Source: Oscillospiraceae bacterium
GTDB lineage: Bacteria > Bacillota > Clostridia > Oscillospirales > Oscillospiraceae
Length of the DNA stretch: 64,000 nucleotides
Reading direction: 5' to 3'
Assembly: GCA_963667545.2 (NCBI GenBank)
Contig: OY763424.2
Span: 780,240 to 844,239, forward strand
Shown here one piece after another: positions 47,600-58,710 of this stretch. The notes under the pieces were generated by a model. It ran no database searches. It had not been told where the DNA came from and worked only from the letters and a program-made list of their open reading frames with translations. A program made the position numbers and the translations under genes. How positions within the stretch are numbered: the stretch's first letter is position 1; each line of letters starts with the position of its first letter.

Positions 47600-48433
47600 T
47601 CAACTTTTAAATTTAAGACTGATATCCAGAGACTTTACGCTGTGCGTCAAGGCACCGATAGAGATGTAGTCAACGCCGGTTTTTGCAACTTCTGACAGGT
47701 TCCTGTCTCCCATGTTGCCGGAGGCCTCGGTTAGAGCCCTACCGCCGATAAGCGAAACGGCCTGGGTCATAAGCTCAATGCTCATATTGTCAAGCATTAT
47801 AATGTCCGCTCCGGCGTCCAGCGCCTGTCTTACCTCGTCCAGTGTTTCGGTTTCAACCTCGATTTTCATAACATGGGGAACAACGGCTCTCGCGGCCTCT
47901 ATCGCCGATGCTATTCCGCCCGCAGCCGCGATGTGGTTATCCTTTATGAGAACGCCGTCTGATAGATTAAAGCGGTGATTATGTCCGCCGCCGACGCGCA
48001 CGGCATATTTTTCAAGCACTCGCAGACCTGGAGTGGATTTTCTGGTGTCGCAGATTTTTGCCATTGTTCCCGAAACCTCGCTTACCGCCTTCGCGGTCGC
48101 GGTAGCTGTGCCGGAAAGGCGCTGCATGAGGTTCAGCGCGACTCGCTCAGCTGTCAGAATCCCTCTGGACGGACCGATGACCTCGGCTATTATATCGCCC
48201 TTTTTAACAAAAGCACCGTCTCTCATTTTGGGAATAAGGACAGTCCTTTCATCCACAAGGAAAAACACCCTTGCCGCTATGTCGACACCGCAGATGACGC
48301 CGTCTTCTTTTGCGAGAAAATACGCCTCCGAACGGTTTTCCTCAGGGATGCAGCTTTGTGTGGTTATATCGCCTGTGCCGATGTCTTCCTTCAAAGCGGA
48401 GAGAATGAACTCGTCAAGCCCTAAATAGTTCAT
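47600..48433 (-). CDS. nadC: Nicotinate-nucleotide (quinolinate) phosphoribosyltransferase, decarboxylating
   Basis: L.EDIG.GDITT, RVALN..QRLSG.AT, DTRK..PG.R..EKYAV..GGG.NHR and IMLDN motifs. ATG at 48433 follows GGGAGGA. The ORF-track N-terminal extension overlaps nadB and is rejected. Confidence 0.9.
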   Translation of the reverse strand: MNYLGLDEFILSALKEDIGTGDITTQSCIPEENRSEAYFLAKEDGVICGVDIAARVFFLVDERTVLIPKMRDGAFVKKGDIIAEVIGPSRGILTAERVALNLMQRLSGTATATAKAVSEVSGTMAKICDTRKSTPGLRVLEKYAVRVGGGHNHRFNLSDGVLIKDNHIAAAGGIASAIEAARAVVPHVMKIEVETETLDEVRQALDAGADIIMLDNMSIELMTQAVSLIGGRALTEASGNMGDRNLSEVAKTGVDYISIGALTHSVKSLDISLKFKS

Positions 48434-48437
48434 CCCG

Positions 48438-49979
48438 TCAGTCCTCCCTGTAATGAGCGCCGACGCTTTCTTTCCTCGCGATAGCCGCCTCCAGAATATT
48501 GACCGCCAAAGCGGCAATGTTGAGGGTCTCGATATAATCCCTGCCCGGGTAATAGCTGTTTTGAAGCTCATCCGAAATAACGGATATGCGGCTGAGCGCC
48601 AGCTTTAAGCCCTTCTCATTGCGCAGGACGCTTCCGTAATCGTTCATCAGGTTTTGAATCTCGATACGAAGCGCCGGAAAATCCCTCTTGACGACGGGCC
48701 TGTTTTCGTCAACGGGTAGCTTTGCCGGAGCTTTTTTGCCCATATCCGCCAAGCGACCGTTGATGTTCGCGGCGGCGCGCCTGCCGAAAACAAGGCATTC
48801 GAGCATCGAGTTTGAGGCGAGTCTGTTCGCACCGTGAACTCCTGTCGAGGCGGCCTCGCCGCAGGCATAGAGTCCATCGACCCTTGTTCTCGCGTCAAGG
48901 TCGGTCTGTATTCCGCCGATCAGGTAGTGCTGCACAGGGCAGACGGGTATCCAGACCTTGCTGATATCCATGCCGCGCCTCAGGCATTCATTGAAAATCG
49001 TGGGGAATCGGTGTTCAAGGTATTCGCGCGGCTCGGACGTGATGTCGATATAGGCATGTGTCTCGCCGCTGCGCTGAAGCTCTCTTGTAATAGCTCTTGC
49101 GACTATATCTCGCGGAGCCAGTTCATTGAGCTCGTGTGTGCCGAGCATGAAGCGCTCTCCCTCCGAATTTTTCAGAAGGCCGCCCTCGCCGCGGACAGAT
49201 TCGGATATCAGAAACGCGCGGTTTTCGTGCTTATCCGACCAGAGTCCGGTAGGATGGAACTGTATGAACTCCATATCCTTGATGTTTGCTCCTGCCCGCA
49301 CGGCGGCAGCGAGTCCGTCGCCCGTGGCGACAGAGGGATTTGTGCTGATTTTATAGACCTGACCGATGCCGCCCGTTGCCAGAACGACATTCGGCGTATC
49401 AATAATATATAAGGTATCGGTTTTATCCAGAACGGCACAGCCGGAAACTGCCCCGTTGTCATCTGTAAGGATATCCACACAAAAATTATGCGGCATAAAG
49501 GTGACATTCTGCTTGAGCGAAACGAGGTGTGCAAGTGCCTTGACAGTTTCGCGTCCCGTGGCGTCGCCGCCGGCGTGGACTATTCTTCTGCGCCGGTGTC
49601 CGCCCTCTCTGGTTATATCGAGGTCGCCCTCGTTGTCAAGGTCAAAGGGTACCTGCATATCAACAAGACTGCGAATGTCAGAAGGGCCTTCCGAAACGAG
49701 AACGCGCACAGCGTTTTCGTCGCAAAGCCCCGCACCCGCGATTATTGTATCCTCGAAATGGTATACCGGCGCGTCGTCGAGCGAAATCGCCGCGGCGATA
49801 CCTCCCTGAGCGAGCCAGGAGTTGCTGACTTCGGCATCTTCCTTTGTAAGAATACAACAGGAATGCTTATCGTCAATATGCAAAGCGGTATACAGCCCCG
49901 CGATGCCCGCACCGATTACAACAACATCATATTGAAGATGCTGAGTCTTTTCGGTATACTCGTTTGTAGCAAATCTCAT
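48438..49979 (-). CDS. nadB: L-aspartate oxidase
   Basis: FAD motif DVVVIGAGIAGL, AQGGIAA, FHPT and RLASNSLLE-type (RLASNSMLE) motifs. 513 aa. Confidence 0.9.
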   Translation of the reverse strand: MRFATNEYTEKTQHLQYDVVVIGAGIAGLYTALHIDDKHSCCILTKEDAEVSNSWLAQGGIAAAISLDDAPVYHFEDTIIAGAGLCDENAVRVLVSEGPSDIRSLVDMQVPFDLDNEGDLDITREGGHRRRRIVHAGGDATGRETVKALAHLVSLKQNVTFMPHNFCVDILTDDNGAVSGCAVLDKTDTLYIIDTPNVVLATGGIGQVYKISTNPSVATGDGLAAAVRAGANIKDMEFIQFHPTGLWSDKHENRAFLISESVRGEGGLLKNSEGERFMLGTHELNELAPRDIVARAITRELQRSGETHAYIDITSEPREYLEHRFPTIFNECLRRGMDISKVWIPVCPVQHYLIGGIQTDLDARTRVDGLYACGEAASTGVHGANRLASNSMLECLVFGRRAAANINGRLADMGKKAPAKLPVDENRPVVKRDFPALRIEIQNLMNDYGSVLRNEKGLKLALSRISVISDELQNSYYPGRDYIETLNIAALAVNILEAAIARKESVGAHYRED

Positions 49980-50014
49980 AGCCGCGATGCCTCACAAAAA
50001 ATACTGTAATGCTT

Positions 50015-50042
50015 ATTGTAACACATCACAAGGGTTTTTCAA
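50015..50042 (-). promoter_or_regulatory. Promoter candidate for nadB-nadC
   Basis: On the minus strand, TTGAAA - 16 nt - TACAAT, about 35 nt upstream of the nadB start. Confidence 0.4.
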
Positions 50043-50087
50043 CAATTATATTAATTGTGATTATATTCGCAAACTATGCAGCAATGC

Positions 50088-51158
50088 CTAAATTTTTGAG
50101 CAGATGGCTTTTCCGGCATCGTCGCAGCCGAGAAGTGATTTACCCTCGCTCATTGTGTCGCCGGTGCGATAACCTTCTTTTAAGACTTCATTAACAGCAA
50201 GCTCGACAGCGTCGGCCTCCTTAGCCATATCGAAGGAGTAGCGCAGCATCATCGCGGCGGAGAGTATCATGCCGATGGGGTTCGCTTTATCCTGTCCCGC
50301 GATGTCCGGCGCGCTGCCGTGTATGGGTTCATAGAGCCCGCGAGTGCCGTCGCCGAGACTGGAGGAGGGTATCATGCCGATGGAGCCGGTTATCATGCTT
50401 GCCTCGTCAGATAGTATGTCGCCGAATAGATTTTCAGTCACGATAACATCAAACTGTGAGGGGTCACGAACAAGCTGCATCGCGCAATTATCTACATACA
50501 TATGAGAAAGTATCACATCAGGATAATATTCCGCAACTTTCGTCACGACTCTGCGCCAGAGCTTGGAGCTGTCCAGCACGTTTGCCTTGTCGACAGAGCA
50601 GACCTTCTTCTGACGTTTTTGCGCCGTTTGAAACGCGACGTGAGCAATACGTTCGATTTCGTGCTCGGAATAGCCCATAATATCCTGCGCGTAATCCTCA
50701 CCGGCCCGCTTCTCGGTTGTGTGTTCTCCAAAGTAGGCGCCGCCGATGAGCTCACGCACGACTACAAAGTCTATGCCTTTATCGACTATCGTGGACTTAA
50801 GAGGACACGCGCCGCGAAGCTCGTAAAAAAGGCGGGCAGGGCGCAGGTTAGCGTAGAGTCCAAGTCCCGCGCGCAGATTAAGCAGCCCACGCTCGGGGCG
50901 CTTGTCCTTCGGAACATTGTCCCACTTCGGACCGCCGACCGCCGAAAGTAAAACGCTGTCCGAAGCAAGGCAGGTGTCAAGACTCGACTGAGGCAGAGGT
51001 TCGCCAAAACGGTCAATTGCCTCGCCGCCCATGGGCGCATCCGTATAATTAAATGTATGCCCGAACTTCTCGGCAACCTTATCAAGGACAGCCACAGCCT
51101 GCGCCATAATTTCGGGGCCGATTCCGTCACCGCGTATTACCGCAATATTCTTTATCAT
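50088..51158 (-). CDS. leuB: 3-isopropylmalate dehydrogenase
   Basis: [17 protein letters not shown] and [20 protein letters not shown] motifs. Confidence 0.95.
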   Translation of the reverse strand: MIKNIAVIRGDGIGPEIMAQAVAVLDKVAEKFGHTFNYTDAPMGGEAIDRFGEPLPQSSLDTCLASDSVLLSAVGGPKWDNVPKDKRPERGLLNLRAGLGLYANLRPARLFYELRGACPLKSTIVDKGIDFVVVRELIGGAYFGEHTTEKRAGEDYAQDIMGYSEHEIERIAHVAFQTAQKRQKKVCSVDKANVLDSSKLWRRVVTKVAEYYPDVILSHMYVDNCAMQLVRDPSQFDVIVTENLFGDILSDEASMITGSIGMIPSSSLGDGTRGLYEPIHGSAPDIAGQDKANPIGMILSAAMMLRYSFDMAKEADAVELAVNEVLKEGYRTGDTMSEGKSLLGCDDAGKAICSKI

Positions 51159-51646
51159 TTTGCTTCTCCTGTTATGGACGCCATCAGTCCGCCCTTGGCA
51201 ATCATATCCTTGATAAACTCCGGAAAGGGCACAGCCTGATAGGTTTCATTTTTAGTGACGTTAGTAATGATTCCGGTGTCGAAATTAATGTCAACCTCAT
51301 CACCCTCGGCAATATTTTCGCTTGCTTTTTCGCATTCAAGGATAGCAAGGCCAATATTTATCGCGTTTCTGTAGAATATACGCGCAAAACTCTTAGCTAT
51401 GACGCAGGAGATTCCGCTTGCCTTAATAGCAATCGGCGCGTGCTCACGGGAAGAGCCGCAGCCAAAGTTCAGACCGCCGACCATGATATCGCCGCCCTTG
51501 ACTCTGCTCACGAAGGATTTGTCGATGTCCTCCATGCAGTGCGCGGCAAGCTCCACAGGGCTCTGAGTCGCGAGATAGCGGGCGGGAATGATGACGTCCG
51601 TATCGATGTGGTCGCCGTATTTTATGGCATTTCCGTGTGCTCTCAT
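51155..51646 (-). CDS. leuD: 3-isopropylmalate dehydratase small subunit (short archaeal/clostridial type)
   Basis: 163 aa, DTD.IIPA, GSSREHA motif. Overlaps both neighbours by 4 nt. Confidence 0.9.
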   Translation of the reverse strand: MRAHGNAIKYGDHIDTDVIIPARYLATQSPVELAAHCMEDIDKSFVSRVKGGDIMVGGLNFGCGSSREHAPIAIKASGISCVIAKSFARIFYRNAINIGLAILECEKASENIAEGDEVDINFDTGIITNVTKNETYQAVPFPEFIKDMIAKGGLMASITGEAK

Positions 51647-52911
51647 TCTCCCATGACCTCCTTCGGATGGCTGATATGTCCCGTTATTGCGCTTGCCGCG
51701 GCAACTGAGGGGGAAGCGAGATAGACTTCACTTTCAACATGTCCCATACGCCCGACAAAATTGCGGTTCGTGGTGGAAACGGCTCTTTCACCTGCGCAGA
51801 GTATCCCCATGTGTCCGCCGAGACAGGGTCCGCAGGTCGGAGTCGAAACTATGCAGCCCGCGTCCATAAATATCTTCGTGTAGCCGCGCTCGATGCACTC
51901 CATATAAATCTTCGGAGTTGCTGGAATTACGATTCCGCGCAGACCTTTTTTAATGTGCCGGCCTTTGAGAATTTCGGCTGCTGCCGCCATGTCCTCAATA
52001 TTTCCGTTTGTGCAGGAGCCGATGACCACCTGATTAATTTCAATGTCCGTTCCCTCTGTCGCAGGGTGCGTTTTTTCCGGCAGATTCGGCCACGCAACGG
52101 TGCAGGGTATTTTCGAAAGGTCGAGGTCGATGACTCTTGAGTATTCTGCGTCGGAATCAGCTTCATAAGCTGTCCAGCAGCGGTCACAGCGGCCGGTCAT
52201 ATATTCGCGCGTAATATCGTCAAAAGCGAATATGCCGTTCTTTGCGCCGGCTTCAATCGCCATATTGGATATTGTGAGCCTGTCACTCATCGTGAGGTCA
52301 CGCAGTCCCTCGCCAGAAAATTCAAGCGATTGATACAGAGCGCCGTCAACGCCTATCATGCCGATGAGGTGGAGAATGACGTCCTTGCCGCTGACCCATT
52401 TACCCTTTTTGCCGCTGAGATTAACCTTGATTGCGGCGGGCACCTTGAACCAGGTTTCTCCCGTAGCCATCGCCGCCGCCATATCGGTTGAGCCGACGCC
52501 GGTCGAAAACGCGCCCAGTGCGCCGTAGGTGCAGGTGTGGCTGTCCGCTCCGATTGCGGCTTCACCAGGAGCAATTAAACCCTTTTCCGGTATCAGCGCG
52601 TGCTCAATACCCATCTCGCCAACGTCGTAAAAATGCTCAAGGTCAAAGCGCCTGGCGAAGCTGCGGCATTTTTTGCAGCTTTCGGCCGCCTTAATATCCT
52701 TGTTTGGGGTGAAGTGGTCCATAACAAGGGCTATTCGAGTGTTGCCCGCAACCTTGTCAAAGCCGGCCTTGTCAAACTCATTTATTGCGACGGGCGAAGT
52801 GATATCGTTGCCCAAAACAAGGTCGAGCTTTGCTTTTATTAGCTGTCCTGCCGTGACTGACGGTAAACCGGCGTGCGCGGCGAGAATTTTTTGTGTCATT
52901 GTCATTCCCAT
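51643..52911 (-). CDS. leuC: 3-isopropylmalate dehydratase large subunit
   Basis: Aconitase-family motifs DSHT, the Cys ligand pair CTNG..ED / CGPCLG, and NRNF.GR.G. Confidence 0.9.
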   Translation of the reverse strand: MGMTMTQKILAAHAGLPSVTAGQLIKAKLDLVLGNDITSPVAINEFDKAGFDKVAGNTRIALVMDHFTPNKDIKAAESCKKCRSFARRFDLEHFYDVGEMGIEHALIPEKGLIAPGEAAIGADSHTCTYGALGAFSTGVGSTDMAAAMATGETWFKVPAAIKVNLSGKKGKWVSGKDVILHLIGMIGVDGALYQSLEFSGEGLRDLTMSDRLTISNMAIEAGAKNGIFAFDDITREYMTGRCDRCWTAYEADSDAEYSRVIDLDLSKIPCTVAWPNLPEKTHPATEGTDIEINQVVIGSCTNGNIEDMAAAAEILKGRHIKKGLRGIVIPATPKIYMECIERGYTKIFMDAGCIVSTPTCGPCLGGHMGILCAGERAVSTTNRNFVGRMGHVESEVYLASPSVAAASAITGHISHPKEVMGE

Positions 52912-52935
52912 AGCTTATTGTCCTTTCGCGGGTGT

Positions 52936-54444
52936 TTAGTTTTTCGAGCCCACTATCTTGTTAATTCCGTTGATATAAGCGCGTATCGAAGACTCTATTA
53001 CGTCGGTGGAAAGCCCGCAGCCCGTGACAAGTGCGCTTCCGCAGCGCAGCTTGACAACAGCTTCTCCCATGGCGTCCTCACCGTCCGTAACGGCGTTCAG
53101 ACTGAAGTTTTCAAGCGTCACATCAAGTCCGGTAATCTTGTCGACAGCCTTGAAGGAGGCGTCGATAGGACCTGAGCCGATTGCGACCTCCTCGATAATT
53201 TCATCGTCCTTTTTAATTTTAACGCAGGCAAGATTTGTTATGTCTTTTCCCGTGCTGACGACATGGCTCAGAAGCTCATAGGTCACCGCAACGGCGTGCG
53301 TATCGACGAGCGCGAGCGCCTCGATGTCGTGGTCGTTGAGGTTCTTTTTCTTGTCTGCGAGGGCTTTAAAGCGGACGAAAATCTCGTCGAGCTGTTCCTT
53401 CGAGACTTCGTAGCCCAGCTGACTGAGGCGGTCGCGCAGGGCGTGTTTTCCGCTGTGTTTGCCGAGAACCATGGTGTTCTGCGAAATCCCGACGTCTTCG
53501 GGCTTCATGATTTCATAGGTCAAGGCGTTTGCTATAACGCCGTGCTGATGGATGCCGCTCTCATGAGCAAAGGCGTTTGCGCCCACAATAGATTTACTCG
53601 GCGCTATCGGGACGCCCGTAATGGATGAAAGCAGCTTGCTCGTTCTGTAAATCTGGCGGGTGTTGACAGAGGTTTCCGCCTGATAGTATTCGCCGCGAGT
53701 CTTTAGCGCCATGGTTATTTCCTCAAGGCTCGCGTTGCCGGCGCGCTCACCGATGCCGTTGACCGTGCACTCAACCTGTGTCGCTCCGGCGCGTATGCAG
53801 GCGAGAGAGTTTGCGACGGCCATTCCGAGGTCGTCGTGGCAGTGTGCCGAAATATCCACGTTTTCAATGCCTTGGGTGTTTTCGCGCAGGTAGGTGATGA
53901 GGTCAAACATCTCCTGCGGAGAGGAATAGCCCACGGTGTCGGGGATATTCAGCACCGTAGCGCCGGCGTTTATTGCCGTTTCACAGCATTTGACGAGGAA
54001 GGCCCAGTCGGAGCGCGAGGCGTCCTCACAGGAGAACTCGATATCCTCACAGAACGATTTAGCGTAAGCGACATGCTTTGCAATGCTCTCCAGAACCTGT
54101 TCACGGGTCATTTTCAGCTTATACTCCATGTGTATGTCACTGGTAGCAAGGAAAATGTGGATGCGCGGGTACTTCGCGCCTTTCACGGCATTCCATGCGG
54201 CGTCAATGTCTCCCTGTGTGCAGCGGGCGAGACTTGCCACCTTGCAGTTTTGTACGGTCTGGGATATAGCTTCAACGCTCTTGAAGTCTTCCGGAGAGGC
54301 AATCGCAAAGCCGGCTTCAATTATATCAACACCGAGCGCATCGAGTGCCCTTGCCATTTGCAGCTTTTCGGGAAGGTTCATGCTGCAGCCGGGGGATTGC
54401 TCGCCGTCGCGCAGGGTGGTGTCGAACACCTTAATTTTTTTCAT
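52936..54444 (-). CDS. leuA: 2-isopropylmalate synthase
   Basis: FDTTLRDGEQSPG, HCHDDLGMAVANSLA and the C-terminal LeuA dimerisation/regulatory domain. ATG at 54444 follows AAGGAGGA. The ORF-track upstream extension runs into the T-box terminator and is rejected. Confidence 0.9.
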   Translation of the reverse strand: MKKIKVFDTTLRDGEQSPGCSMNLPEKLQMARALDALGVDIIEAGFAIASPEDFKSVEAISQTVQNCKVASLARCTQGDIDAAWNAVKGAKYPRIHIFLATSDIHMEYKLKMTREQVLESIAKHVAYAKSFCEDIEFSCEDASRSDWAFLVKCCETAINAGATVLNIPDTVGYSSPQEMFDLITYLRENTQGIENVDISAHCHDDLGMAVANSLACIRAGATQVECTVNGIGERAGNASLEEITMALKTRGEYYQAETSVNTRQIYRTSKLLSSITGVPIAPSKSIVGANAFAHESGIHQHGVIANALTYEIMKPEDVGISQNTMVLGKHSGKHALRDRLSQLGYEVSKEQLDEIFVRFKALADKKKNLNDHDIEALALVDTHAVAVTYELLSHVVSTGKDITNLACVKIKKDDEIIEEVAIGSGPIDASFKAVDKITGLDVTLENFSLNAVTDGEDAMGEAVVKLRCGSALVTGCGLSTDVIESSIRAYINGINKIVGSKN

Positions 54445-54465
54445 TTTATGATCCTCCTTATTCGT

Positions 54466-54746
54466 TTTGAAAAACAAAAAAGCTCCGTCTTCCTGAGAAG
54501 ACGGAGCTGAAACTCCGCGGTACCACTTCAATTGACAGTTACCCTGTCCGCTTACGACATCTCAAAAGAAATATCGCCTCTTTGGTAACGGTGAGGAAAT
54601 CCGTTCACACCTACGGCCGCAATGGCTTTCAGCTGACTGCTCGAGGGTGAGATCGCCTTGTCTAAACATACCGTTTCACACCGAACAACGGCTCTCTGAA
54701 TGTCTTTGATAGGCTTTGTCCCTGTCATTGCATTTATGCTTTATTG
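54466..54746 (-). promoter_or_regulatory. T-box riboswitch leader of leuACDB (probable Leu, CUC specifier)
   Basis: Minus strand carries the T-box sequence AATTGAAGTGGTACCGCGGAG (54513-54533). A terminator follows: AGCTCCGTCTTC-TCAG-GAAGACGGAGCT plus TTTTTGTTTTT (54469-54508). Upstream are AGAGAG and GGTGTGAAA distal-loop-like elements. The candidate specifier is GAT-CTC-A. Confidence 0.8.
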
Positions 54747-54752
54747 TGCTAA

Positions 54753-54781
54753 AGCCTACACGAAGTTTCGGCTTTTGTCAA
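54753..54781 (-). promoter_or_regulatory. Promoter candidate for the leu T-box leader
   Basis: Minus strand TTGACA - 17 nt - TAGGCT (the -10 is weak). Confidence 0.35.
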
Positions 54782-54948
54782 GAGGAGCGGCATAAAATAT
54801 TTCAGCGTTGACCGAAGTCTAACAATTTCGACTAAATGCGGCCTGTTTCCCCTCCGGTTTCTTGTATACATATCCCAATATATGCGCAAAAAGCTATTAT
54901 GAATATAAATCGTTTACGGAATTTAAATTATTTTAGGAAAATAAACAG

Positions 54949-54978
54949 TTGACAACTGGTATTTTTGTGATGTAACAT
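54949..54978 (+). promoter_or_regulatory. Promoter candidate for the ilv T-box leader
   Basis: TTGACA - 18 nt - TAACAT. Confidence 0.45.
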
Positions 54979-54984
54979 GAAAAC

Positions 54985-55297
54985 AATCAAATATTCCAAA
55001 TGCTTTGATGGGAACAAGTAATTCGAGACACGAGCTTCAGCGAGCTGCCGTTTGGTGAAAGACAGCGCCGCGTTTCGGAAGAAAATCATCCCGGAGCAGT
55101 TTGCAGAAGGACGGTGAGGCCCGTCTGTGTAAGCAAAAACGGTAAAACGCCCGTTACAGCGTCAGACGTTTATAGACGTCCCAGAGTGGTTCTTTTAAGG
55201 CAGTGCAGCGCCTTATAAGAGCAATAAGAGTGGTACCGCAGAGGAGTTTTGGCCTTTGTCTCTTGATATTCAGATGAAAGAGACAGGGCTTTTTTTG
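54985..55297 (+). promoter_or_regulatory. T-box riboswitch leader of ilvBNC(-ilvD)
   Basis: T-box sequence AAGAGTGGTACCGCAGAGG (55226-55244). A terminator hairpin lies around 55252-55290, followed by TTTTTTT. Stem-I-like TGATGGGAACAAGTA, AGCGAG and GGTGAAAG elements are present. The candidate specifier is GAAA-ATC-A (Ile), which is uncertain. Confidence 0.8.
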
Positions 55298-55370
55298 TTA
55301 TCAGCCGGCACTTCCGATTTAAAGTATTACACTGGTAAATATTTTTGACCACTAATAGGAGGAATGTGAT

Positions 55371-57035
55371 TTGAAACTGACGGGAGCGGAAATAATCATC
55401 GAGACCTTGATCGAGCAGGGCGTTACCGATATGTTCGGGTACCCAGGCGGAGCCGCGCTCAACATTTTTGAGGCGCTGTATCACAGACAGGACAGGATAG
55501 CGTTTTACCTTACCGCTCATGAGCAGGGAGCAACCCACGCGGCAGACGGTTACGCGAGAGCGACTGGGAAAACGGGTGTAGTTCTGGCAACAAGCGGTCC
55601 GGGCGCGACGAACACGGTAACAGGAATTGCAACAGCATATCTTGACAGCGTGCCGATGGTAGTAATAACGGCGAACGTAGGCACACCTCTTATCGGAAAG
55701 GACAGTTTTCAGGAGGTTTTCATAACGGGCATCACCCAGCCCATAACCAAGCACAATTACGCTGTACGCGATATCACAAGACTTGCGGACACTATACGCG
55801 ACGCCTTCAAGATTGCGGGCAGCGGAAGGCGCGGACCCGTGCTCGTCGATGTTCCGAAGGACATAACGGCTGCGGTATTTGACTATGAACCCGCGCCGAA
55901 GTGGTCTGAGCCGAAAGCGCCAAGCGCTCCGATGAGCGAGCTCAAGAAGGTAGCTGACCTCATAGCGAAAGCTCAGCGCCCCGTCGTTTGCTTCGGCGGC
56001 GGCATCATCAGCAGCGAGGCAAGCGAGGAGCTGCTTGAATTTGTCAAAAAAGCGAGGATTCCGACCTGCCACACGATTATGGGAACTGGCGTCATAGGCT
56101 TTGGGGACGATCTTGACATGGGCATGGTCGGTATGCACGGCAGCATGACGGCAAACCACGCAATTGACGAGACAGACCTTCTGCTGGCAATGGGAACGCG
56201 TTTCTCCGACAGAGTTGCGCTGAACCTGCGCGATTTCGCTCCTCACGCTACTATAGTGCAGTTCGATATCGATGAAAGCGAAATTCGTAAAAACGTACTG
56301 GTGGACCTCGCAATCATCGGCGATCTCAAAATGGAGCTTCAGAATCTGATTCCTATTGTCTCAGAAAAAGAGCGGCCCGAATGGCTTGAGCTGGTCGCTA
56401 AGTGGAAAAAGGAATATGATATTATAAACGGCAAGAATATAAGCGGTATCCGTCCGGTTGACATCATGGAAATCATCGGTGAAAAGAGCGGGGATGACGC
56501 GGTGATAGCGACCGACGTCGGGCAGCACCAGATGTGGGCGGCACAGTTCTGTAAAAAGACTCGTCCCCGCGGCTTCCTCACAAGCGGCGGACTCGGTACT
56601 ATGGGCTTCGGTTACGGTGCGGCAATCGGCGCGGCAGTCGGGCTGAAGGACGCGACAGTGTTCCACATAACGAGTGACGGCAGCTTCCACATGAACATGA
56701 ACGAGGCCTGCACCGCGGTTTCGAACAAGCTTAAGGTCATTACGGTAATATTTGACAACAAGGTACTCGGCATGGTACACCAGTGGCAGAACGACTTTTA
56801 TGACAAGCACTTCGTTGCGACCGAGCCCGAACGTAAAACAGACTACATCAAGGTCGCGGAGGGCTTCGGAGCGAAAGGCTTCAGAGCGGAAACAAAGGCG
56901 GAGCTTGAAAAGGCCATAGACGAAGCCATTGCCTGCGAAGGTCCCGCTTGGATAGTCTGCCCCATTGACCGCAACGAAAAGGTTCTTCCGATGATACCGA
57001 ACGGCGGAACAGTTCGCTCCGCGATACTAGTTTAG
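55371..57035 (+). CDS. ilvB: Acetolactate synthase (acetohydroxyacid synthase) large subunit
   Basis: ThDP-enzyme motifs (GYPGGA, GPGATN, GLGTMGFG...NN). TTG start 7 nt after AGGAGG. Confidence 0.9.
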   Translation: MKLTGAEIIIETLIEQGVTDMFGYPGGAALNIFEALYHRQDRIAFYLTAHEQGATHAADGYARATGKTGVVLATSGPGATNTVTGIATAYLDSVPMVVITANVGTPLIGKDSFQEVFITGITQPITKHNYAVRDITRLADTIRDAFKIAGSGRRGPVLVDVPKDITAAVFDYEPAPKWSEPKAPSAPMSELKKVADLIAKAQRPVVCFGGGIISSEASEELLEFVKKARIPTCHTIMGTGVIGFGDDLDMGMVGMHGSMTANHAIDETDLLLAMGTRFSDRVALNLRDFAPHATIVQFDIDESEIRKNVLVDLAIIGDLKMELQNLIPIVSEKERPEWLELVAKWKKEYDIINGKNISGIRPVDIMEIIGEKSGDDAVIATDVGQHQMWAAQFCKKTRPRGFLTSGGLGTMGFGYGAAIGAAVGLKDATVFHITSDGSFHMNMNEACTAVSNKLKVITVIFDNKVLGMVHQWQNDFYDKHFVATEPERKTDYIKVAEGFGAKGFRAETKAELEKAIDEAIACEGPAWIVCPIDRNEKVLPMIPNGGTVRSAILV

Positions 57036-57050
57036 AGGGAGGATGCAAAT

Positions 57051-57575
57051 ATGAACGGCAAAAAGGCCATCATAGCAATGCTTGTTGAAAACAACGCGAA
57101 CGTACTCACGCGCGTAGCCATGCTTTTCGGTAAGCGCGGCTATAACATAGACTCTCTCACTGTTTCCGAAACAAATGACCCTATGATTTCCCGAATTACG
57201 ATAACCACGCAGGGCGACGACAGGATAATCGAGCAGATAATACTTCAGACGAAAAAAATGGTTGAAATTAAAGCGGTCCGTCTTGAGGATGAAAATGAGG
57301 CGATACTGCGCGAGCTGCTGCTCGTCAAGGTTGCTGCAGACGAAAGTCAGCGCGCCGCGATTCGTGACATCTGCGAGATTTACAAGGCCAGTATAGTAGA
57401 CTTTTCTCCCGCGAGCATAGTCTGCGAGCTGACAGGAAAGCCCTCAAAAATAAACGGCTTTTTGGAGATTATCGGCAAATATGAAATACTGGAGCTTTGC
57501 CGTACCGGCGTAACGGCTATGGATCACGGCAACAAGATAATGGTCTGCGAGAACAAGGAAAGCCACAGGTCTTAA
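57051..57575 (+). CDS. ilvN: Acetolactate synthase small (regulatory, ACT-domain) subunit
   Basis: ACT-domain N-terminus (I.MLVENNANVLTRVAMLFGKRGYNIDSLTV..T) plus an ALS_ss_C-like C-terminus. Confidence 0.9.
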   Translation: MNGKKAIIAMLVENNANVLTRVAMLFGKRGYNIDSLTVSETNDPMISRITITTQGDDRIIEQIILQTKKMVEIKAVRLEDENEAILRELLLVKVAADESQRAAIRDICEIYKASIVDFSPASIVCELTGKPSKINGFLEIIGKYEILELCRTGVTAMDHGNKIMVCENKESHRS

Positions 57576-57594
57576 CCTGTATCACAAAGTTTAG

Positions 57595-58623
<1,029 letters not shown>

Positions 58624-58668
58624 GCATACTGCTTAACCTTACAAGCCAATAGGCTTGATTATGCTAAC

Positions 58669-58710
58669 AACCGTTTCTCTTTTCTACGAAGAAAAGAGAA
58701 ATGGTTTTTA
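58669..58710 (+). terminator. Terminator-like hairpin after ilvC (also the left end of the inverted-repeat element described in findings)
   Basis: AACCGTTTCTCTTTTC - TACGAA - GAAAAGAGAAATGGTT, a 16-bp stem with one G-U pair, followed by TTTTA. Confidence 0.5.

Noticed and set aside
48434-48571. 46-codon N-terminal extension of nadC in the ORF track; similar extensions exist for leuA (54445-54531), larB (6701-6757), ilvC, ilvD and hpf
   Set aside because: These extensions overlap upstream genes or regulatory RNA and lack an RBS. Internal ATGs with strong GGAGG-type RBSs give family-typical N-termini.
53836-54510. 224-aa plus-strand ORF opposite leuA
   Set aside because: It is antisense to leuA (strong family motifs) and it runs through the leu T-box terminator.
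55170-56246. 358-aa ORF on the minus strand
   Set aside because: It is antisense to the T-box terminator and the 5' half of ilvB, which carries unmistakable ThDP-enzyme motifs. The product is Arg/Cys-rich low-complexity sequence with no RBS, a typical shadow ORF in a GC-rich coding region.
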